This document shows positions 47,007 through 60,200 of a DNA stretch of 64,000 nt, one piece after another. A program made the translations under genes and the position numbers. Each line of letters opens with the position of its first letter. Position 1 is the stretch's first letter. This DNA is from Scenedesmus sp. PABB004. Lineage: Eukaryota. The notes beneath the pieces are model-generated. The model did no database searches, was not told the DNA's origin, and was given only the letters and a program-made list of their open reading frames with translations. The stretch spans positions 4,278,001 through 4,342,000 of the forward strand of contig CM026547.1 in NCBI GenBank assembly GCA_014905635.1, given 5' to 3'.

Positions 47007-48964
47007 CTAGTGCATGCCGCCGCCGGGCTGGTGCTGCGCCGCCAGGCGCGCTGCGACCGCGCGCGCCGCCGCCTGCGCCGCCGCGACCGCGTCCGCAATG
47101 GGCGCCGCCGCCGCCGCCGCCGCCGGCTGGCCGTAGCCCGCCGCCACTGGCGCGCCCCAGCCCCCAGGCGCCGGCGCCGCGGGCGCCGCGGGCTGGCCCC
47201 AGCCCCCGCGGCCGGCACGCCGCCGCCCGCTGCCTCGAGCCGCGCCGCGACCGCCTGCGCCGCGGCGATGGCCGCCGCCGCCGCGCTGCCCGCCGCCGGC
47301 GGCGCGCCGGCCGGCGCCGCGCGGCCGCGCGTCGCTATGGTCTCGGTCGGCCGCGTGAGGTACATGGGCCGCTGCGTGACCGGCACGGGCGGCCGGAACG
47401 CGGGCCGCGCGCCCGCCGCGCCCGCGCCGCCGGCGGGCGGCGTCACGGTGCTCGCCTTTGACACCTTGGGCGCGACGATCACGGGCGCCGACCCGATGTC
47501 GCCGCCGCGCACGCCCGACGACACAAACGACCCCTGCAGCCGCGCGCGGTCCGCGTGCGTGGCGCTCTGCATGAGCTCCTCGCGCGCGGCGGCCATGGAG
47601 CCGGGTTGCTCCTGCGGCGGCGCCGCCGGCCGCGGCTGGTACGGCACCGCCGGCGGCGGCACGAACGCCGCCGGCGCCGGCGCCTGCTGCGGGTGCGAGT
47701 GCTGGCCCCAGCCCGGCTCATCAGGCGGCGGCGGCGGCAGCGGTGGGGCGCCAGGCGGCAGCGGCGGCGCGCCGGGCGGCAGCGGCGGCGCCGGCTCGGG
47801 CGGCAGCGGCGGCGCGCCGGGCGGCAGCGGCGGCGCGCCCGGCGGCAGCGGCGCCGGCTCGGGCGGCGCCGGCGGCGGCGGCGGGAAGCTGGGCAGCCCG
47901 CCCGCCCCGCCGCCGCCTGCCCCGGCTGCTGCTGCTGCTGCTGCTGCTGCTGAGCTCTCGTGCTCGTAGTCTGTCGACGCGGTGGCAAAGCCCGGCAGCT
48001 GCACGAAGCCACCGCCGCCGCCCCGCTGCTGCTGCTGCTGCTGCTGCTGCGCTGGCTTGGGCCCAAACCCGAGGCCCGCGCCGCCGACCGCCGGGCCGCG
48101 CCGGCCGCCCTTGCCGCCCTTGTGCCGGCTGCTGCCCTTGCGGAAGCGCCCGTCCTTGAGCGCAAGCTCGTAGAGCTGCCGCGGCACCTCCTGCCCGCCG
48201 AGCGTGAGGCTGTTGACCAGCTGCGCCGCAAAGTGCGCGTCGCGGCCGCTGCCCGCGCACAGCAGCGTGAGAGCGACGCCCTCCTTGTCGCCGGCGCGGC
48301 CCGTGCGGCCGACCCTGCGGCGCGCGCGGCGCGGCGGTGCGTCGTTGCGCCGAGCCGCGCCGCGCCGCGCCGGCGCCGCATTGCACGCCGCCGCGCGCCG
48401 GCCGCGCCGGCCCTGGCCCCCCGCACCGGTGGATGTGGGTGTCCATGTCGCGCGCGGGGTCGAAGTTGACCACCGTCTTGATGGACTTGATGTCCAGCCC
48501 CCGCGCCGCGACGTCGGTCGCCACGAGCGCGTGGTGCGCGCCGGAGCGGAACGCGTCCAGCACCGCCATGCGAGTGAACTGGCGGCGACGCAGCGAGCAC
48601 CCCGGGGGAGGCGGGGCGCGGGCCGCGGCGCGTGGGCGCGCGCCCTGCCCTCCAGCGGCCGCGCGCGGCGGCGCGCGTGCGGCGGCGCGGGCCCGCGCGC
48701 GGCGCCGCGGCGCGCCTGGTCCATGTCGCCGTGGATGGCCGCCGCCTTGAAGCCCGCGCCGGCGAGCGCGGCGGTGAGCTCGTCCGCCTTGGCGCGCTGG
48801 CCGACGAAGACGAGCACGTCGCCCTCGTCGATGAGCGCGGGCAGCTTGGCGGTCAGCCACGGCAGCTTGGCCGCCTCGCCTGCGCGCGCGCGAGAGAGAG
48901 AGTGTGTGTTGCGGCGCAGGTGCGCCGGCGCGGGGCCTGCGCCGGCAGCGGGGCGGGGCGGCTC

Positions 48965-49013
<49 letters not shown>

Positions 49014-51542
49014 ACCTGGCAGCACCTCGACGTCCTGCCGCACGTCCGTGTTGGCGGCGCCGAGCTGGCCCACGCTCACGCGCACGGGGTCGGACAGCGC
49101 CGCGCCGACGAGGGCCTCGATCTTGCGCGGCAGCGTCGCGCTGAAGAGCAGCGTCTGCCGGTCGGGCCGCACCGCCGCGAGCAGCGAGCGCACCTGCCGC
49201 GCGCGGGCGCGGCGGGCGGCTCGGGCGACGGCCAGCGCGGCCGCGCCGCGCCTGGCCTGCTGCGCCGCCCGCCGCCCGCCCCTCCCGCCGCCGCCGGCGT
49301 CGCGCGCGCGCCTGCTGCTCGAAGCCCATGTCAAACATGCGGTCGGCCTCGTCCAGCACCAGGTAGGTCACGCGCGACAGGCCGCACGCCTTCTGCTTCA
49401 CCAGGTCCATCATGCGCCCCGGCGTCGCGACCGCCGCCTCGGCGCCGGCCTTGAGGCCCTTGAACTGCTCGTACTTGGACAGGCCCCCAAACGCGGCCAC
49501 GACGCGCAGGCCTGGCGCGAGCGTGCGGCGGCCGCGCGGCGCGGCGTGGGCGCGCGCGGCGCGGTCGCGCGGCGCCGCGCGCCGCCGCGGCCACAGCGGC
49601 CGGCCAGCGGCGGCGGCGCGGGTGCAGCGCGCGGAGGGCGTACCATAGGGCTTGGCGAAGCGCCGCGCCTCCTTGTGGATCTGCTCAGCAAGCTCCCGCG
49701 TCGGCGCGAGCACGAGGCCGATCGGCCCCGCGCCCTTGGACAGCTCGGGCTGGTCCATGATGTGCACCAGCATCGGCAGCACAAACGCCGCGGTCTTGCC
49801 GCTGCCCGTCTTGGCCAGGCCCTGCGGGCGCGGGCGCACGGGCAGGCGGTCAGCCGCGTGCCGCGTGCCGCGCGCCGCGTGCCGCGTGCCGCGTGCCGCG
49901 TGCCGCGCGCCGCTGCGCCTGCGCGCCGCTGCCCCGCGGGCCGCGCGCACCAGCACGTCGCGGCCCGACAGCACCGCCGGCAGCGCCTGCGCCTGGATCG
50001 GCGTCGGCGCGTCGTAGCCGGCCTTCTTGATGGCGCCGAGCAGGTGATGGTCAAAGCCCGCCTGGCCAAAGGTCTTGATCGGCCGCGGCGGGTCAAAGCC
50101 CGACACGTGCACCTGCAGCTCGCGCCGGTAGTCCCGCACCTGCGCGGGCGCGCAGCGCGCAGTGCTCGGGGCGCGCCCGCCGCCGCGGCGGCCGGGCGCC
50201 GCGCCGGCCGGGCTCCGAGGCGTGCCGCGCGCGCCAGCCCGCACCTCCTGGTCGGTCATCGCGGCGATGGCGGGCGCCTCGGTGTAAAAGTCCTTGCCAA
50301 AGTCAGCGTAGTCCACCGCGCCGTGGTCCACCGGCGCGAGCGGGTCGACGGCCCCGCGCTTGCCCGCGGCGCCCTGCGAGCCGGGCCGGCCGTGCGAAGC
50401 AGGCGCGGTGTGGCGGCGCGGCGCGGCCGCGCCGCATGCAAGCGCGCGCAGAGCAGGCGCGCGCCGGCCGCCGCCGACGCGCGGGCGGGCGCGCGCGCAC
50501 CCGTGCGCGCTCGTCGTCCGAGTCGCCGCCGCGGCCGTCCGCCTCGGCCGCCGCGTCGAGCGCGCGCGCGGTCGCGTAAACCTCCTCGTCGCTGTCATAC
50601 CCCGCCGCAGCGACGCCGGCGGCGATGGCCGCCGCGGAGCCCGCGCCGCGCGCGGCGCGCACCTGCGCGGCGCGCGGCGGCGGCGCGACCGCTGCGGCAC
50701 GCACACACCGCGCGGGGTCGCAGGGGCGCCCCGTCGCGCCGCGCCCCGCCACGCCCCGCCCGCCGCTAGCCGCCCGCCGCCCCCACCGCCATGTACTCGG
50801 TCGCCGGGTCGGCCGCCTCGTCGCACGCCGCGGCGCCGCCGGCCGCCCCGGCGGCCTTGTTGGGCTTGTTCGCGGCGACCTCCTGGTGTATGTCAGCCAT
50901 GAAGGCTTCCAAGGGGTCGTACTCATCGTCATCATCATCATCATCATCGCCGCCGCCGCCGTCCGCTGCTGCCGCGCCGGCGGCGCCGCCGCCGCCGTCC
51001 GCGCCGGCGCCGCCGCCGGCCGGCGCGGCTGCCGCGCCGCCCGGGCGGCGCGCGGGGCCGGTGTTGGCCTCCGTCTCGGCCGCGCGCTCGACCTGGGCAC
51101 GCAACGCAGCGCGCGGCCGGGTGAGCCAGCGACGGCCGCCGGCAGCACGGCGCGCTCGCGGCGGGGCGCGCGTGCGCTCGCGCCGCACCAGCTGCGCGTG
51201 CGTGGCGCAGTCGTCGTGGTCGCCGCCGCGCTCCTCCAGGAACGCCCGGATCTCTGCCTCGCCCCAGGCCGAAAATTCGGTCCCCTGCGCCCCGGCGGCG
51301 GCCCGGGCGCTCGGCGGCCGCGACGCGCTGCAGTGCCGCCGCCGCCGCCCGCGGCCCCAGCGCGGCGGCCGCACCTGCGGGCGCGGCGCCGCCTCCTGGT
51401 CCAGGGACGGCTGCTGGTAGACCTTGGGCTCGACGTACGCCTGGCCCGGCCGCACGTCGCCCACAAACGGGCGCTTCGGCGCCGACAGCGGCAGCGTCGC
51501 CGGCGCGTCGGCCGCCCGCTTGCGCGACGCCGTCTGCTCCAT
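47007..51542 (-). CDS. DDX42: DEAD-box RNA helicase DDX42/SF3b125 (plant RH24-like)
   Basis: DPLEAFM, YDSDEEVY, Q motif PTPIQAQALP, AKTGSGKT, PTRELA, TPGR, DEAD, FSAT, IHGDMDQ, TDVAARGLD, HR/VGRTGRAG; apparent 1-nt frameshift near 47205. Confidence 0.93.
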
Positions 51543-52157
51543 GCTGTGCCACCAGCTAGCGGGGCGGCATGCGGTGGCGCTGCTGGGCGGGGCTGGAGCT
51601 CTCTCGCCTGGCGCTGGCTCGCCGCTGCGTTCGCTGCTGTCGCTGCTGCGGCGGCTGCGGCGCGCGCGCTGCGGACCGGGCGAGTGTGTGCGGTCACGCC
51701 AGATGTGGGGCAACGGTGGGGGGTCGGCGCGATCAGGCGGGGCGCCGCAGGGCCAGCGAGCGCTTGAGCTGCGCACTCGGCAGTCGCGCGGGCTCAGCGC
51801 CGCCTCCGGGCCCCGCCCCGCGTTGATCGCGCGCACCCGGACGCGCCCAGCTGCGTTCTCCCTGACCCCGCGCCCTTGGACCCACACGCCACGCACGCGC
51901 GAGGCTGCGGCCTGCCATCAGCACCGCGCTGTCCTCCGCCCTCTCCGCGCGCGCAGCTGGCGTGACAGGCCACCTCCCTGGCACCTTGAGCACGTGTTCC
52001 GCGTGCAGACGCGGCCGTTCGAGCAGCGGCTGGCTGGATGGCCGCCTAGGCGGTGGATGCTGCCAACTGCTGCTGCTGCCGCCATGCCCTGATCGGCGCG
52101 GCGCGCCCGCCTCGCCCCTAGACCTAGCCCAGAGCAGCCACCGGAGCAGGCGCCAAG

Positions 52158-54824
52158 ATGAAGAGCGTCTTCAGCCTCGACAGCAACATCATCCCGGTGC
52201 GGCAGCGCGAGCAGCGGCGGCGGTTGCGGGCGCAGCGGCGCCGCCGCGCCGCCGGCGCGCGCGCCTCACGCCCGCGGCGCGCGCAGGAGATGGAGTTTGA
52301 GCGCGACATCATGCGCGCCACGGGCATCACGCTCGACCTCACGCGCTTTGCGCTGTCGTTCGGCGGCGCTGTGCTCTCGGGCATCGCCGTGCGCGGCATC
52401 CGCAACCCCACGGGTGCGCCCGCGCGGCGCGCGCTTTGCGTGGCGCGCCCGCCGCAGCAGCAGCGCGCCGCAACGCCCCCGCCGCCGCCGCCGCCGCCGC
52501 CGCGCGCGGCCGCGCAGCGCGCAACCTGTTCAGCACGGTCGTGGGCTTCCTGCTGCTGTACTACCCCTTTGGCAGCCACGTGCTGCACGGCGTCATCACG
52601 AGCCTCGCCACGTACCTGGTGATGTGGCTCATTCCCCGCAAGTGCGGCACGCTCGCGTGGCTCATCTGCTTCCCCTACCTCACCGTCCTGTGAGCGCGCC
52701 GCGCCTTGGCACGCCGCCGCCGCGCCGCCGCTGCGCCGCGGCCGCCGCCGGCCGCCGCCGGCCGCGCTTGCCGCCGCGCTGGCCGCCGGCCGCGCCGCAG
52801 CTGCTGCGCCGGCCGGGCCGCGGGGCGCCGGCGGTGGGGCGCCGACGGCCGCGCCGCGCCGCGCCGCGCCGTGGGGGGCGGCAGGCACGTCGTCAACGCG
52901 AGCGGCGTCAACTGGAACGCCGGCAACCTTGACTTCACTGGCGGGCAGATGGTGCTCACGCTGAAGCTCATCAGCATGGCCGTGTGCTTCCAGGACGCAA
53001 ACAGCAAGAAGGACGAGGCGCGCGCGGCGGCGCGCAGGCGCAGCACAGCCAGCGGCGGCAGCCGGACGCGGCGCGCGGCACGCGGGACGCAGAGCGGCGG
53101 CGGCGGCACGCGGCGGCGGCCCTCCCTCTCACGCCCGCGCGCCCCCCGCCGCCCCCGCGCGCAGGAGCTGTCGAGTTACCAGCGCGCGCACGTGTTCCGC
53201 TCCCTGCCCAGCCTGCTGGAGTACCTGGGCTTTGTCTTTGCCTTCGGCAACCTGCTCGCGGGGCCGGTGATCGAGTTCCGGGACTACCAGATGTGGGCCA
53301 ACCGCGAGGGGCCGTGGGACCCGCGCGCCAAGCGCGTGCCCTGGACCGGCGACTTTGCGGCGGTGCGGCGCGCGGGCGGCGGGCCGCGGCGGCGGCGACC
53401 GCCGCAGCGCCGCCGCAGCGCCCGCGCCGCAGCGCCTGCCGCAGTGCCCGCCGCGCTGGCGCCGACGCGCCGCCGCCGCGCCGCCGCCGCGCCGCGTCCG
53501 CGCCGCCGCCGCGCCGCCGTGCCGCCGCCGCCGTGCGTGGCGCGCCAGGGCGTGCGCGCGTTTGTGACGGCGGTGCTAAGCGTGAGCTTCTACCTCTACA
53601 TGGAGCGCACCTGGAACTTCCGGCTCCTCGCGACGCCCTGGTACGCGGCGCAGCCGCTGCTCGTCAAGCTCGTCACGATGCAGGCGCGGCGCCGCGGCGC
53701 CGGCGGCGGCACAGCGGCGCGCGTCGTTGCCGCGGCGGCGCCGGCGCTGCCGCTGCGGCCGCGTGCGGCGCGGCGCGGCGTGCGGCCGGCCCACGCGGCG
53801 GCGGTGGCGCAGGTGATTGGCACGACCTACCGCACGCGCTACTACTTTGCCTGGAGCCTGGGCCACTGCAGCCTGGCCTTTGCCGGCCTGGACTTCCTCA
53901 AGTGGGACTCGCAGACCCAGGTGCGGCGCGGCGCGGGCGCGGCGCCACGAGCCTGCGGCCCGGCAGCGGCGCGGCGCGGCGCGGCCGCGGGCTGCCGAGA
54001 GACGCCACCGACAGGCGCGCCGCCGCCGCCGCCGCGGCCGCGCAGGCGGGCGTGTGGGGGCGCTGCCGCAACGCGCAGCCGCTCAAGGTCGAGTTCTGCG
54101 ACAGCAGCCGCCTGCTGGCGGGCTACTGGAACACCACGACCGGCACCTTCCTGCGCCGGTGCGCGCCCACGCCGCCGCCGCCGCGCCCACGCCGCGCCGC
54201 TGCCCGCCCACGCCGCCGCCGCGTCCTCACGCCGCCGCCCTCGCACGCCGCGCCGCGCCGCGCCTGCGCAGCTACGTGTACGAGCGCCTGACCGTGCCGG
54301 GCAAGAAGCCGACGTTTGTGACGCTCATGGTCACGCAGCTCGTGAGCGGCGTGTGGCACGGGCTCTACCCGGGGTACATCATGTTCTTTGCTGGCTCGGC
54401 CATCTTCTTCGCGCACTCCACGGTCCTCTTCAACTGGGAGCGCGCGTACGTGCCGCCGCTGCTCGCGCGCAGCCCGCTGTGGTGGGCGGCCAAGGTCTTC
54501 CTCACGAAGCAGGGCCTCGACTTCCTGGCCATGGCCTTCCTCTGGCTCACCTGGCGCGAGTGCGTCGCCGCGTGGGCGAGCGTGCACTACCTCCCCCTCA
54601 TCTACATGTCCTCAGTGCTCGTGCTGGGCAACGTCTTCCCCGCGCGCGCGCCGCGGCGCGCCGGCGGCGCGGCGGGCGCCGCCGGCGGCGACGCCAACGG
54701 CGGCGGCGGCGGCGGCGACCCGGTGTCGGGGGACCACCTCCACCTCGGCGAGGGCATCAAGTCGGCGCTCGTCGACGGCGCGGCGAGCCGGCCCGACCTC
54801 GCCAACGGCGTGAAGCAGGACTAG
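52158..54824 (+). CDS. MBOAT lysophospholipid acyltransferase (LPCAT/LPLAT type)
   Basis: LDFTGGQMVLTLKL, PSLLEYLGF, AGPVIEF, RYYFAW, YWNTTTGTFLRR/YVYERL, VSGVWHGLYPGY (catalytic His). Confidence 0.93.
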
Positions 54825-55445
54825 GCGGCCGCGGGGCGCGGCACGTGCGCGGCGTGTTTGGGCGCCGCAGTGCGCGGCGGCGCGCTGGTTGGTTTGAGGC
54901 CGTGGCGGCTGGGCGTTGGGGCGTTGTTTTGGCTCGCCATAGGGGCGGGTGGGCAGGGGCGGGCGGGCGGCCGGGCGCCGCCTGCACTGGCGCGCGCCGC
55001 CCGCGCTGGCGAGCGGGCGCAGTGGAGTCGCGGGCTGGCCGCTGCCCGCGCGAGGATGCGCCGCAGCGGTGGCGCGGCGTGGCGGATGCATGGGTGCAGG
55101 GACGCGCTGCCGAACGCACGGGCGGGCAGGGCGCGGCGCCGCCGTGCGGCGGCGGGGTGCTGCGCAGAACCTGCGCGGCTCTGTCGTGCGGGGCCCTGCG
55201 CAGCAGGGCTGCACGGGGCCGCGCCGTCGGCACCAGTTGACGAGCGACGAGACGCGGCCTGCCGTCCCTCGAGCGGAGCTTGCAGGAGTGCACGGCGCCG
55301 CGCAGCCGCTGCTGCAGGGCTGCACACGCCAGCAGCGCTCGTCGCCAGCCGCGAGCAGCTCCTGTGCGCATCAGAAGTCGTCGCCAGCGCTCGTCTCGAC
55401 CCGCGTCGCCCGGCGCGCGCTCTCGCGAGCGCGCCAGGCCTGGCC

Positions 55446-56610
55446 ATGCGCGCCCTCGGCGGCCGCGCGGCCCGGGCGCTGGGCGGCAGCGCTGCGGGTC
55501 TGCTGGCCGGCCCGGCGCCCTGGCCGGTGTGCTGGCACCGCGCCGGCCAGCACACTGCCGCGCCGCGGCGGCCGCACGCGCCGGGGCGCGGCGCAGCAGC
55601 GGCAGCGGCGCCCGCGACGGCCGCGGCGCGGGCCGCCGGCGGCGCCGCGCCCTCGCCGCCGCGGGCAGACGCCGCCGCTGCCAGCGAGGGCGAGGACGAC
55701 GGCGCCGGCGGCGCGCTGCCGCACCTCGTGCTGGAGCTGCCGGAGCCGACGCACGTGCTGGTCAAGTCGGCAGAGTTTGTCAAGTCGAGCGTGCGCGTGG
55801 CCGACTGCCCGCCGCCGAAGCTGCCCGAGTTTGCGGTCATCGGGCGCTCCAACGTGGGCAAGTCGTCGCTCATCAACATGCTGACCAACCGCAAGGGCCT
55901 CGCGATGGTCTCCAAGGAGCCAGGCGCGCGCCTCGACGCGCCGCGGCGGCGCGCGGTGCTGCGCCGCGACTGGCCATGCGACCCCGGGCGCGCGGCTGAG
56001 CGGCCCGCGCCCGCCCCGCGTCCCCGTGTGCGGCAGGCAAGACGCGGTGCATCAACCACTTCCTCATCAACGGCAGCTGGTACCTCGTCGACCTGCCGGG
56101 CTACGGGTGCGTGAGCGCCGCGGCGGCCCAGCAGCGCGCGCCCGGCAGTGCGCGTCCGGCAGCGCGGCGCGCTCACGCCCCCGCCTTCCGCCGGCGCGCA
56201 GCTACGCGCGCACGGGGCGCGACACGCGGGCCGAGTTTGAGGCGTTCACGCGCGAGTACTTCACGCAGCGGCCGAGCCTGGCGATGGTGCTGCTGCTCGT
56301 CGACAGCAGCATCCCGCCGCAGGACGTCGACCTGCGCTACGCGGCGTGGCTCGGCGGCCGCGGCGTGCCGTTTGCGCTCGTGTTCACCAAGGCCGACAAG
56401 CGCAAGAAGGGCGGCCCCAAGGCCGGCGCCAACGTGCTCGCGTTCAAGCGCGCGCTGCTCGACGGCCACGGCTTCGCCGCGGTGCCGCCGACGCTCGTGA
56501 CGAGCGCCGCGTCGGGCGGCGGCAAGGGCGAGCTGATCGCCTTCATCGCCTCGCTGCGCGGCCTCGTGGAGCAGCGCGCCGCCGCGGCCAAGAAGGGCGG
56601 CGGCGGCTGA
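55446..56610 (+). CDS. engB: Organellar ribosome-biogenesis GTPase YihA/YsxC/EngB, 3 exons
   Basis: [18 protein letters not shown] (G1), PG/KT (G2), [10 protein letters not shown] (G3), FTKADK (G4), TSA (G5); N-terminal targeting peptide. Confidence 0.95.
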
Positions 56611-57203
56611 GCGCGGCGCGCGCGGTCGGCGCCCACGCGGGCGCCGGCGCCGGGCTGCGCACGGGTGGCAACCAACTCTCTGCGGCCGTCCCCAAAGGCC
56701 TTGCGGGAGCTCCAGAATCACCGCACCGCAGGCCCGGCCACCGCCCTAGACCGCGCCCGTTTGAACGGTCGCGCGCGCCGCGCCGCACCGCCGGCGCCGC
56801 CGCCGCTCGTCCGCCGGCGCAGCGCCGACGCCCAGACTCGCCCCGCGCGCCCGGGCCGCCCGCCCGCCCACTGCCCGCTGCGCGCCCGCCAGCCGCGGCT
56901 GCAAGCCCAGCGCGAGCGCCTGCCACCGCGCCAGCGGCCGGGCGCCCTGCCCCGTGACGAGCGGGGCCGTCCACACCGGCCCGACCCGGCGCGGAGCGCG
57001 GAGGCCCGATCGCGGCCCGTTGTTGTTGCGGGGCATCCCGGCTCCCCCGCCCCGCCTGTCCCGGCCGCTCCCCGGCCCTGTGACCGGCCCGGCGTGACGG
57101 GGGCGCCAGCCGGCACGCGAGGGAGCGGACCACCGCCCGAGCTGCGCCTCGCGCGCGCCTGGATGGGCCCCAGCGGCGCCGCCTGCCCCGCCGCCGCCCA
57201 ACC

Positions 57204-60200
57204 ATGACCCGAGCGGCCCTGCTGGCCGCCCTGCTGGCGTGCCTGGCGGTGCAGACCTGCCATGCCGCCTGGGGCCTCGCCGGCGCGCTGCCGCACTGCC
57301 CGCCGGCGCCGGCGCCGCCGGCGTGCGGGCCCGACGCGGGCTGCGAGGCCTGCGACGCCGGCGTCGCGCGCGCGCTGCTGGAGCAGCTCAACACGGCGCG
57401 CCAGGCCAACCTGGAGCTGCGCGCGCGCCTGCTGCGCGCGGCGCACCACCGCCCGGTGGTGCTGACCAACCCGCTCGGCGGGCGGCACAACACAGCGTGG
57501 CAGCTCGCGTGCGCCGCGCTCGCGGCGCTCGCGGCGGCGCTCTTCGTGCAGGGCCGCGTGGCCCGCGCGCGCGCGGCGTCGCGCTACGGCGAGCTGCAGC
57601 AGGTGCTGCAGCTGCGCGAGGCGCTCTGGCGGCGCGAGCTGGGCACCGAGGTGGGCCGCGCCGCGGCGCTGCAGGCCAAGGAGGCGGTGTGGCGGCGCGG
57701 CGTGGCGCGCCTCGGCGCCGCGCTGGAGCAGCGCGTCGCGGCGCTGGCGGCGTGTCGCGGCGGCACGCCCTCGGTGCGCGCGGGCTCGCTCGCGCCGCCG
57801 GCGGCGGCGCCGCGGCGCCAGCGCGCGCGGCGGCGGCGGCTCACCCGCGCCCGCCCGCCCGCCCCGCCCCGCCCGCCGTCGCGCCGCAGGCCGCGCGCCT
57901 TAGCGACGCCGGCGACGTGCCCGCGCCCTCCGCCGCGGTCAAGAGCGACCAGCAGCGCGCGTCGCCGGTCAAGGCGGCGTCGGACAAGCCGGACCAGTCG
58001 CCCGCGTGTGACGGCGGCCTGCAGGACGACGAGCCCGCAGGCCCCGACCTGTTCGCGCAGCCCCTCGCCACCGACGCGGCCCCGCGGTGCGGGGCGGCGG
58101 TCGCGCGTGCAGAGGGCGGCTCCTTCGCCGCGCCGGCCGGCGCTGCCCCTGACGCCGCCGCCGCCCCCGCCGCGCGCCGCTCGCTCAGGACGCCGACGTC
58201 GCCGGCAGCCTTGCGGCGCTGCAGGCCGGCTTTGCGAGCCTCTCCGCCACTGCGGCGGACCTGGACGACCTGCGGGGGGCGGTGGAGCAGCTGGAGCAGG
58301 ATGCCGCCGAGGTGGCGCGCCTGCAGCAGCGCAGGGACGAGCTCGGCGACGCGCCGGCGCAGCTCGCGGCGCTGCGCGCGGAGGCCGGCGGCGGCGCGCC
58401 AGAGTCGCTGGCGGCAAACCTGGGGCAGCTGCAGCAGCAGGAGGAGGAGGCGGGCAAGCTGCGCGCCAGGATTGCGGGCAAGCTGGACGTGCTGCGGCAG
58501 CAGTCGCGCGAGCTCGAGGCGCTGCAGGGCCAGAAGAAGCAGCTCGAGAAGCAGGCGCGGCCGCGCCCGCGCCGCGGCGGCGGCGCCCCGCGCGCCGGCT
58601 GGCGGCGCGCGCCCGGCGAGCCCGGCTCACGCCCTCCCGCCGCACGCGCCGCGCGCGCCGCCAGGTCGCCGAGATGCAGGCCAGCGTGGCCGGCCTGCCC
58701 GCGCTGCAGCAGCAGCAGGAGGAGCTCGCCGCGGCGGCGGCAGAGGCGGAGCGCCTCGCTGCGCTCAACAGCGAGCTGCGCCTGATCGCCATCAACCTGG
58801 ACGTCCTGCAGGAGGAGCAGGTCACGCTCTCGCCCCAGGCCGAGCGGGCGCAGGAGCTGCGGCAGCTCATCCAGGAGCTGGAGCACGACGCCGCGCAGCT
58901 GCCCACGCTCAAGGCGCGGCGCCGCGGCGCCCGCCGCCGCGCCCCGCCGCCGCGGCCGGCGCGCCGACGCCCGCCGCCCCGCCCGCCGCCCTGCTCGCGT
59001 CGCCGCCGCGCGCAGGCGGAGCACCACCTGCTGCTGGAGCAGGTGCAGCAGCTCGAGGTGCTGCGGAAGGAGAACGCTGAGATGGCTGCGCTGGTCGCGC
59101 AGCTCGCGGTGCTGCGCGGCGAGCAGGTGCAGCTGCACGAGCTGTGCCAGCAGGTCGAGGGGCTGCGCGCGGACAACGCGACCCTGCGCGCCAAGACGGC
59201 CCGCCTGCCGGCGCTGCAGGCGGAGCACACGGAGCTCAAGGCGCGCGCGCCAGCGCGCCGGCGCGGGGGACGGCGCGCGCCGCGGCGCGGGCGCCGCCGC
59301 TGAGGCGCCCGTCGCCCGGTGCCCGCCCGCTCGTCCGCAGGAGGCCGCCGAGGAGGCGGAGGCGCTGCAGCAGGCGGTGGCGGCGCTGCGCGACCAGGCG
59401 GACCTGGCCGACGAGCTGCGGGCGGAGCGCGAGGACCTGGCGGCTGCCGCCGCGGACGCCGGCCCGCTGGCGGCCGAGGTGGCCGCGCTGCGCGGCGCCG
59501 CGGCCGAGGCGCTGGAGGCGCGCGCGCAGCTGGGCGAGCTGCGCGCCGCGCAGGAGCGCCTCGGCGAGTGCCGGGCGGAGCTCGCGGCGCTCGCGGGCAC
59601 GCGCGAGGAGCTGGCGGCCGCGCTCGCGCAGCAGGCCGAGCTGAGCGCCGAGGTGGCGCTGCTCGAGCGGGACTACGACGAGCTCGCGGCCCAGGCGGCG
59701 CGCGCGGCGGCGCTGCAGGCGGAGATGCCGGCGCTCGAGGTGCGCGTGTGTACATGCGCGTGGCGGCGCCGCCGCGGCCGCTGCGGCGCCGCCGTGGCCG
59801 CCGCTCGCTGCCGCCCGCCGCGCGCCGCCGACCGCGCCCGGCCGCGCCGCTTGGCCGCGCCCCGCCGCAGGCCCAGGCCGACATGCTGGACGAGCTCGAG
59901 CTCCAGCACCGCAAGCTGGGGCAGCTCGCGGAGAAGTGCCGCGCGCTGCGGGCGCAGAACGCGCACATGGCGCAGGAGGCGGCGGCGCTGCCCGAGCTCA
60001 AGGTCGCGGCCGCCGAGCTGCAGCAGCAGGTGTCGCAGCTGCAGGCCGTCAAGGCGCAGATCCAGCGCCTCCAGGAGGAGGGCGACGCCGCGTACGCCGA
60101 GGTGCAGGCCCACAGCGGCGCGCCCACGCCCGGCAGCGCCGGCCGCGCCGCGCCGCACGGCGCGGCGGCGGCGGTGCGGCTGTCGGCGGCGCACATCGCG

